Below are positions 58,882 through 64,000 of a stretch of DNA of 64,000 bases, one piece after another (positions within the stretch are counted from its first letter, which is position 1; each line of letters starts with the position of its first letter). The stretch covers positions 8,983 through 72,982 of the forward strand of contig CAZSEU010000001.1 in the NCBI GenBank assembly GCA_964606005.1, in the 5' to 3' direction. Below the pieces are notes generated by a model. It was not told the origin of the DNA. It ran no database searches and saw only the letters and a list, made by a program, of their open reading frames with translations. The stretch is from an uncultured Staphylococcaceae bacterium (GTDB lineage Bacteria; Bacillota_I; Bacilli_A; RFN20; CAG-826). The translations under genes and the position numbers were made by a program.

Positions 58882-60102
58882 TTAATCTTTTTCTTTATCG
58901 ACAAAGATAGTTTTTATTGGTTCGCCTAACAAATAATCAGGCTTCTTCAACTTGAAGTTTTCCAAAACTGTCGCACCGATGTCAGCAAATGAATCTCTTT
59001 CTGGTAGATATGTTCCGTTTTTGAAATTGTTGTTATATATGATAATTGGAATTTTTTCTCTTGTGTGGTCTGTGCCAACCCAAAGTGGGTCGTTACCATG
59101 ATCTGCAGTAATAATTAATAAATCATCATCTTTGAGTAAAGGTAATAGCTCAGCGACTTTACGATCGAATCTTTCGATACACTTACCATAGCCAACAGCG
59201 TCTCTTCTATGACCATACTCGCTGTCAAACTCGACGAGGTTTACAAAACATAAACCCGTGAAATCATGGTTTTTTGCCTCGCTGATGGTTTTATTCATTC
59301 CGTCATCATTAGAAACAGTTTTTTGACTTTTAACGACACCGTATTCAACAAAGATATCGCTAATCTTTCCGATACAACTAGTCATGAAACCATGGTCCTT
59401 TAAAACATTCAGCATAGTTGGCGAACTTGGTTTGAGAGCTAAGTCATGACGATGGCCAGATACGCGTTTGAAGTTATCTTTATTGTCACCAACATATGGA
59501 CGAGCAATCACGCGACCGACCATCCATTCTGGTTTCATACATATTTCTCTAGCAATTTCGCAGCAACGATATAATTCTTCTAATCCCGTAACTTCTTCGT
59601 GAGCAGCAATTTGCAAAACTGAATCTGAAGAGGTATAAACGATCAAAGAATTGTCACGCATTTGTTCTTCCCCTAATTCTTTTAAGATTTCTGTACCACT
59701 GGCGGCTTTATTGCCGATAATTTTATGACCAGTTTTTTCTTCGAGTTCTTTTATTAGTTCCATTGGAAAAGCTGTATCAGTAAATGTTTTGAATGGAATT
59801 TTTGTGTGAACACCCATCATTTCCCAGTGACCAGTCATCGTATCTTTGCCACTACTAATTTCATTCGCTTTCAAAACATATGAATATGGGTGATGAACTT
59901 TGGTTGTGCCTTTAATTGGGTCTAAATCACCCAAACCGAGTTTATTTAATGTTGGAACATCTAGGCCCTTAGGCATTTGTTCGCCGATATGTAATAAAGT
60001 ATTTGCTCCTTCGTCTCCAAACTTTTTTGCATCATGCATATAGCCAGAGCCCATGGAATCAGCGACGATAATGAATATTCTTTTGTATTGGTGTTGTTTC
60101 AT
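58882..60102 (-). CDS. deoB: Phosphopentomutase
   Basis: '[10 protein letters not shown]' metal-binding N-terminus; 'TADHGNDP' motif; 406 aa. Confidence 0.9.
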   Translation of the reverse strand: MKQHQYKRIFIIVADSMGSGYMHDAKKFGDEGANTLLHIGEQMPKGLDVPTLNKLGLGDLDPIKGTTKVHHPYSYVLKANEISSGKDTMTGHWEMMGVHTKIPFKTFTDTAFPMELIKELEEKTGHKIIGNKAASGTEILKELGEEQMRDNSLIVYTSSDSVLQIAAHEEVTGLEELYRCCEIAREICMKPEWMVGRVIARPYVGDNKDNFKRVSGHRHDLALKPSSPTMLNVLKDHGFMTSCIGKISDIFVEYGVVKSQKTVSNDDGMNKTISEAKNHDFTGLCFVNLVEFDSEYGHRRDAVGYGKCIERFDRKVAELLPLLKDDDLLIITADHGNDPLWVGTDHTREKIPIIIYNNNFKNGTYLPERDSFADIGATVLENFKLKKPDYLLGEPIKTIFVDKEKD

Positions 60103-60109
60103 ATTTTCC

Positions 60110-60985
60110 TCACTTCATAACTTTATCATAGTCTTTTTTGATTTTTTCACTAGAAATGTGCGTATATATCTGTGTGGTCGCGATGTTTGTGTGTCCAAGC
60201 ATTTCTTGGACCATTCTTAACTGGGCACCGTGATTTAATAGGTGCGTTGCAAAAGAATGACGCAACGTATGCGGAGATACATTGGTCGAAATACCAGCTT
60301 GCAAGGCGTACTTTTTTACTTGCTTGAAAAAATAGATGCGAGATAGAGACTCGCCGTTACGAGACAAGAACAAATATTTGCTCGACTTGTTCTTGGAAAA
60401 ATTACGTACCTCATTAATATACCGAGTTATATATTCAATTGTAAAGTCTGCAATTGGAATTTTTCGTTCTTTTGCACCTTTTCCAAAAACAGTAATTACT
60501 CCCTTAGTGAGACTAACTTGCCCTTTTTCAAGCTTAATAAGCTCGCTAACACGCAAACCAGAAGCGTACATGATTTCTAACATTGCTTTATCTCTTAAGC
60601 CACTAGGCGTCGAAATATCAGGGGCATTAAGCAATAAATCAACTTCTTCTTCACTTAAACAGTTCGGAAGAAGCTTTGGTTTCTTTGGTGTTTCAATTTC
60701 TGGAATGTTGCCTTGATAAAAACCTTCTTTTTTCAAGAAGAGATAAAAACTTCTCGTAGAAGAAAGTCTTCTTAAGGCTGTAGATATCGATAAACCCAAA
60801 GATAACTCAAATCTTAAGAATTCATATAAATCTGATTCCAACAAATGTTCTGTCGTTGACTTATTTTTGAAATACTGAAAAAAAGCTTCTAAATCGTCTA
60901 AATAAGAAACCCATGTTTGTGGGGATAAGCCTTTTTCCACTAAAACGTATTGATGAAATCTATCTACTGCATCAGCGATTTCCAT
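60110..60985 (-). CDS. xerD: Tyrosine recombinase XerD/XerC family (XerD/RipX-like)
   Basis: '[12 protein letters not shown]', '[14 protein letters not shown]' (catalytic Tyr) and 'GKGAKER' motifs; adjacent to dif. Confidence 0.8.
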   Translation of the reverse strand: MEIADAVDRFHQYVLVEKGLSPQTWVSYLDDLEAFFQYFKNKSTTEHLLESDLYEFLRFELSLGLSISTALRRLSSTRSFYLFLKKEGFYQGNIPEIETPKKPKLLPNCLSEEEVDLLLNAPDISTPSGLRDKAMLEIMYASGLRVSELIKLEKGQVSLTKGVITVFGKGAKERKIPIADFTIEYITRYINEVRNFSKNKSSKYLFLSRNGESLSRIYFFKQVKKYALQAGISTNVSPHTLRHSFATHLLNHGAQLRMVQEMLGHTNIATTQIYTHISSEKIKKDYDKVMK

Positions 60986-62159
60986 TTTTTTCTACCTCGC
61001 TTGCCCTTTTGAGGAGCGGTTTTTTTAGTGATCGATTAATCTCATTAATTAAAAGTTTGGTCCCACTTTCTTCCTCATATTTTTCATAGTCAAACAAGGA
61101 CATTTGGACAGCCATCTCTTTAATATCAATCAAATTTTGTAATGTAATACCAACTAAACGGACAGTAAGAGCATTAAAGTTAGCTTGATATAACTGCTTC
61201 GCTTGTTGATAAATCGTATTCCAATCATTAAACGGATTTTCTAAGGTGTGCGATTTATTGTGACTCTTGAAGTCTTGATCTTTGGCGACGATTTGCACCG
61301 TATAACCTAACTTGTCTTCCTTTTTGGCTCTTGCGCTTACTTCTTGCGCTAAGTCGATTAGATATTTATCAATGACTAAATAGTCATCAGTATCGTAAGG
61401 CAAGGTTGTTGAGTTACCGATTGATTTAGGATCGTCTCTTTCTATTTCAATTTCAGCTGACCCTCTTCCTTCTAACCAATCCCGAATTACTTCTTCGGAT
61501 TTTCCTAGCATGTCCTTAATGTCTTTTTCTTGCTTAACGATGTGGTCGTATAAGTCACCAATGGTATTAATGTCCAAGCTTCTAAGTCTAGGAGCGGTTT
61601 TTTTACCAATCCCGTACATCGCCTCAATTTTTAATGGGAAAAGATACTTATTGATCTCACTTTTACGGATAATCGTTAAACCCATCGGTTTCTGAAAGTC
61701 GCTCGCCATCTTAGCTAAAAATTTAGTTACCGAAACACCGATTGAACACTTTAGTTGTGTTTCATTAAATAATTCAAGTTGCAACTGCCGGAAAAAGCCA
61801 ATTACATCCTTTTGTCCCTTGATAGCTTCGGTAAAGTCTGCAAAACATTCATCAACCGAAGCAACTTCAACTAATTTTGTGTATCTTTTGATAAAGCGAA
61901 AAAATGTTTTACTCATCACTGAATAAAACCGATAGTCTCCATGCATCAAAATTAACTGAGGGCACAAACTTTTAGCTTTAAATGTCGGCATGCCTGAAGT
62001 TACCCCAAATTTTCTTGCTTCATAAGAACAAGTAGAAATAATGCCAGCGCGTCCTTCGCGGCCAACTGCCACAGGTTTATTTTCTAACGCAGGATTTTTA
62101 ATTTCTTCACAACGAACAAAGAAAGCATTTAAGTCTATATGAACGATAACTCTTGCCAT
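60972..62159 (-). CDS. dinB: DNA polymerase IV (Y-family)
   Basis: 'VHIDLNAFF' N-terminus and 'SVDECF' catalytic motifs. Confidence 0.9.
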   Translation of the reverse strand: MARVIVHIDLNAFFVRCEEIKNPALENKPVAVGREGRAGIISTCSYEARKFGVTSGMPTFKAKSLCPQLILMHGDYRFYSVMSKTFFRFIKRYTKLVEVASVDECFADFTEAIKGQKDVIGFFRQLQLELFNETQLKCSIGVSVTKFLAKMASDFQKPMGLTIIRKSEINKYLFPLKIEAMYGIGKKTAPRLRSLDINTIGDLYDHIVKQEKDIKDMLGKSEEVIRDWLEGRGSAEIEIERDDPKSIGNSTTLPYDTDDYLVIDKYLIDLAQEVSARAKKEDKLGYTVQIVAKDQDFKSHNKSHTLENPFNDWNTIYQQAKQLYQANFNALTVRLVGITLQNLIDIKEMAVQMSLFDYEKYEEESGTKLLINEINRSLKKPLLKRASEVEKNGNR

Positions 62160-62204
62160 AATGTCATTATAAATGAATTTAGATTATGTTAACATAAAAT
62201 CGAA

Positions 62205-62235
62205 TAAAAAAATGAAACAGCACAAACTGTTTCAT
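62205..62235 (-). terminator. Rho-independent terminator downstream of xseB (minus strand)
   Basis: Minus-strand 'atgaaacag-tttgtg-ctgtttcat' followed by 'tttttt'. Confidence 0.7.
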
Positions 62236-62308
62236 TTACAATTGTAAAATCAATATTAATGTATACAAAGTATAAAATACTAATTTAATACTAATTATAA
62301 ACTAACCA

Positions 62309-62503
62309 CTATTCTTTAGCGCTAATGACCTTTTCTACTTTTTCTTCTGCATCTTTTAAGGCTTTTTCAAGTTTTTTGACAATCTCTTGCCCTTCTTGAT
62401 AAAGTTTCAAACAAGCGTCCAAGGGTAAAGTTTCTGAAGAAATTGAGGCGACAATTTCATCAAGTCTTTTCATCTCTTTTTCAAAATCAAAATTTTGTTC
62501 CAT
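62309..62503 (-). CDS. xseB: Exodeoxyribonuclease VII small subunit
   Basis: 64-aa coiled-coil 'FEKEMKRLDEIVASI...LDACLKLYQEG'. Confidence 0.9.
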   Translation of the reverse strand: MEQNFDFEKEMKRLDEIVASISSETLPLDACLKLYQEGQEIVKKLEKALKDAEEKVEKVISAKE

Positions 62504-62505
62504 AC

Positions 62506-63774
62506 TTATTTTTCCTCCACTTTTAAGACTTCACTACTAATAATTCCGTCTTTGATATATGTTTTGATATGTTGGCCTTTTTTCACATTTTTCAAACTAG
62601 TAATTGGCTGACCCTTATCATCTAGCGTCATACTATAGCCTCTTTTAACGATATTTTCTGGGTTTAATGCTTCTAATGTCAATGTTTTATGTTTAAGGAT
62701 ATCTTGATGATGCCAGATGATTTGTTTGATTCTAAAATCAAGTGTTTCTTTATAAGAAACGACATCTTCTTTCATCCTATTAATCCGATTGATCCAAGTG
62801 TCCAATGCTGAAGCTTTGGGTATTAGTATCTCACGATAATGGTTTATCACTTGTTTTAAGCGGTTGTTAAGGTCCACTTTTTGTTGCATAACTTTTTCTT
62901 CGATTCGTTTTAAACGTCCTTTTAGACTTTCTTCCATATCTTGAAGTGCATAAGCAAGGGTCGTTTCGATTTCTCGACGATCGACTGTCGCCAGTTCGGC
63001 GGCAGCGGTTGGAGTTGAAGCTCGTTTATCGGCGACATAATCGACTAAAGTAAAGTCAATTTCGTGACCAACACAAGCGATGACGGGCATTTTGCTTGAA
63101 GCAATGGCTCTAACTAAGGTTTCGTCATTAAAAGCACTTAAATCTTCGCTAGCCCCTCCACCACGGCCAATTAACAATGTATCTAAAGGATATTCCTGCG
63201 ATAAGTTGAAGGCATGAAGCAATTCCTTAGGCGCATTATCGCCTTGTACTGCACTATAAAAGACAAATACATCCGCAATTGGATATCTTCTTTTTAAGTT
63301 AAAGAGAATATCTTTAATCGCCGCACTATTTGGTGCGCTGATTACACCAATGGCTTTAGGGAATAAATTAATTTTTCTTTTTCTAGATTCGTCAAATAAG
63401 CCTTCTGCTAAAAGTTTCTTTTTTAGTTTTTCAAGTTCTAATAAAGCTGCACCTGCACCAACTTCTTCCATTTGATAAACAATAATTTGATAAGTGCCAC
63501 GTGTTGGATATACATCAATTGAACCAAAAAGGACTACTTCTTGCCCATTTTCGGGTTTGAAAGTAAGTTTTTCACTATAATTAGCAAACATCATCGCGGA
63601 AATTAATGCTTTATCATCTTTTAAGGAAAAATAAAAATGACCACTACTGGCTAACTTCAAATTCGATATTTCGCCCTTAACATAAATGTATTTTAACCGC
63701 TCGTCATTACTAATCAGCACTTTAATGTACTGATTAACATCACTAACGGTAAGAACAGGGCGACTATTAAGCAT
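62506..63774 (-). CDS. xseA: Exodeoxyribonuclease VII large subunit
   Basis: N-terminal OB-fold 'VSDVNQYIK'; 'GRGGGASEDL' catalytic region; xseA-xseB adjacency. Confidence 0.9.
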   Translation of the reverse strand: MLNSRPVLTVSDVNQYIKVLISNDERLKYIYVKGEISNLKLASSGHFYFSLKDDKALISAMMFANYSEKLTFKPENGQEVVLFGSIDVYPTRGTYQIIVYQMEEVGAGAALLELEKLKKKLLAEGLFDESRKRKINLFPKAIGVISAPNSAAIKDILFNLKRRYPIADVFVFYSAVQGDNAPKELLHAFNLSQEYPLDTLLIGRGGGASEDLSAFNDETLVRAIASSKMPVIACVGHEIDFTLVDYVADKRASTPTAAAELATVDRREIETTLAYALQDMEESLKGRLKRIEEKVMQQKVDLNNRLKQVINHYREILIPKASALDTWINRINRMKEDVVSYKETLDFRIKQIIWHHQDILKHKTLTLEALNPENIVKRGYSMTLDDKGQPITSLKNVKKGQHIKTYIKDGIISSEVLKVEEK

Positions 63775-64000
63775 TTATAACACCTCGTCTAGGATAGCGT
63801 TAATAAATTTGGCTTGTTTTTCTTCGATATATTTTTTTGCTAATTCAACAGCGATATTAATGACAATGCGTTTGTCTACCTTTTCTACATAGTAGTAATG
63901 CGCATAACTCATTAAAAGAATGGCTTGACTGAGCAAGGGTAAGCGTGACCATTTCCAATCTTTTAAGTGCGGATTGAAGGCTTTTACCATGTCGCCATAA
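63775..64000 (-). CDS. nusB: Transcription antitermination factor NusB (C-terminal part; the N-terminus lies beyond the window end)
   Basis: C-terminal 'AKFINAILDEVL' typical of NusB; nusB-xseA-xseB synteny. Confidence 0.75.
   Translation of the reverse strand, partial: YGDMVKAFNPHLKDWKWSRLPLLSQAILLMSYAHYYYVEKVDKRIVINIAVELAKKYIEEKQAKFINAILDEVL

Noticed and set aside
57807-58900. Second (element-side) dif-like site that would delimit an IMEX around the MazF-like gene
   Set aside because: I scanned 57.8..58.9 kb for CATAA-N6-TTATG and found only partial resemblances (e.g. 'AGCATAAtaagaa...', 'gcttgTTAAtat'), none convincing. The IMEX idea stays a hypothesis.
1-64000. tRNA, rRNA, transposase/IS, prophage or integrase (other than xerD) signals
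   Set aside because: None were seen. No T-loop 'GTTCGAATC'-type motifs are visible in intergenic regions, and no DDE or serine-recombinase ORFs are present.

Overview
This is an AT-rich, low-GC Gram-positive-type chromosome segment. TGA is used as a stop codon, and the gene order follows Bacillus-like blocks: comEA-comEC-holA-rpsT; lepA-hemW-hrcA-grpE-dnaK-dnaJ; ybeY-cdd-era-recO-glyQS-dnaG-sigA-trmK-nif3; yneF-plsY-parE-parC; yqeG-yqeH-yhbY-nadD/yqeK; xerD-dinB; xseA-xseB-nusB. By gene content it is most likely an Erysipelotrichia/Acholeplasma-like lineage, but I cannot verify that. Almost all of the window is core housekeeping DNA: translation, chaperones, replication, lipid synthesis and competence. 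I found no rRNA, tRNA, CRISPR array, transposase or prophage. The regulatory sites I could read directly are a T-box leader upstream of alaS, a CIRCE operator with a sigma-A promoter upstream of hrcA, and several rho-independent terminators. The strongest observation is a 28-bp dif (XerCD recombination) site at 58005..58032. It lies exactly where gene orientation switches from plus to minus strand and about 2 kb from xerD, so the window appears to span the replication terminus. Next to dif is an orphan MazF/PemK-like toxin gene with unusual N- and C-terminal extensions, which may be a remnant of an IMEX-type insertion. Several other genes interrupt the conserved synteny and look like accessory insertions. 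One is a 778-aa protein fusing an N-terminal PD-(D/E)XK (RecB-family) nuclease domain to an FeS Rad3/XPD/DinG-type helicase. Another is a stand-alone adenylation-carrier (A-T) didomain protein next to a metallophosphoesterase. A third is a C39-type cysteine-peptidase domain fused to a polytopic membrane domain with no ABC ATPase. A fourth is a highly repetitive BspA-type leucine-rich-repeat lipoprotein. The fifth is a 491-aa unknown protein with a small membrane peptide, inserted between lepA and hemW. NadD is also fused to the YqeK HD-hydrolase domain, and there are two adjacent small membrane proteins. All functional calls rest on motifs read by eye and would need HMM or BLAST confirmation.
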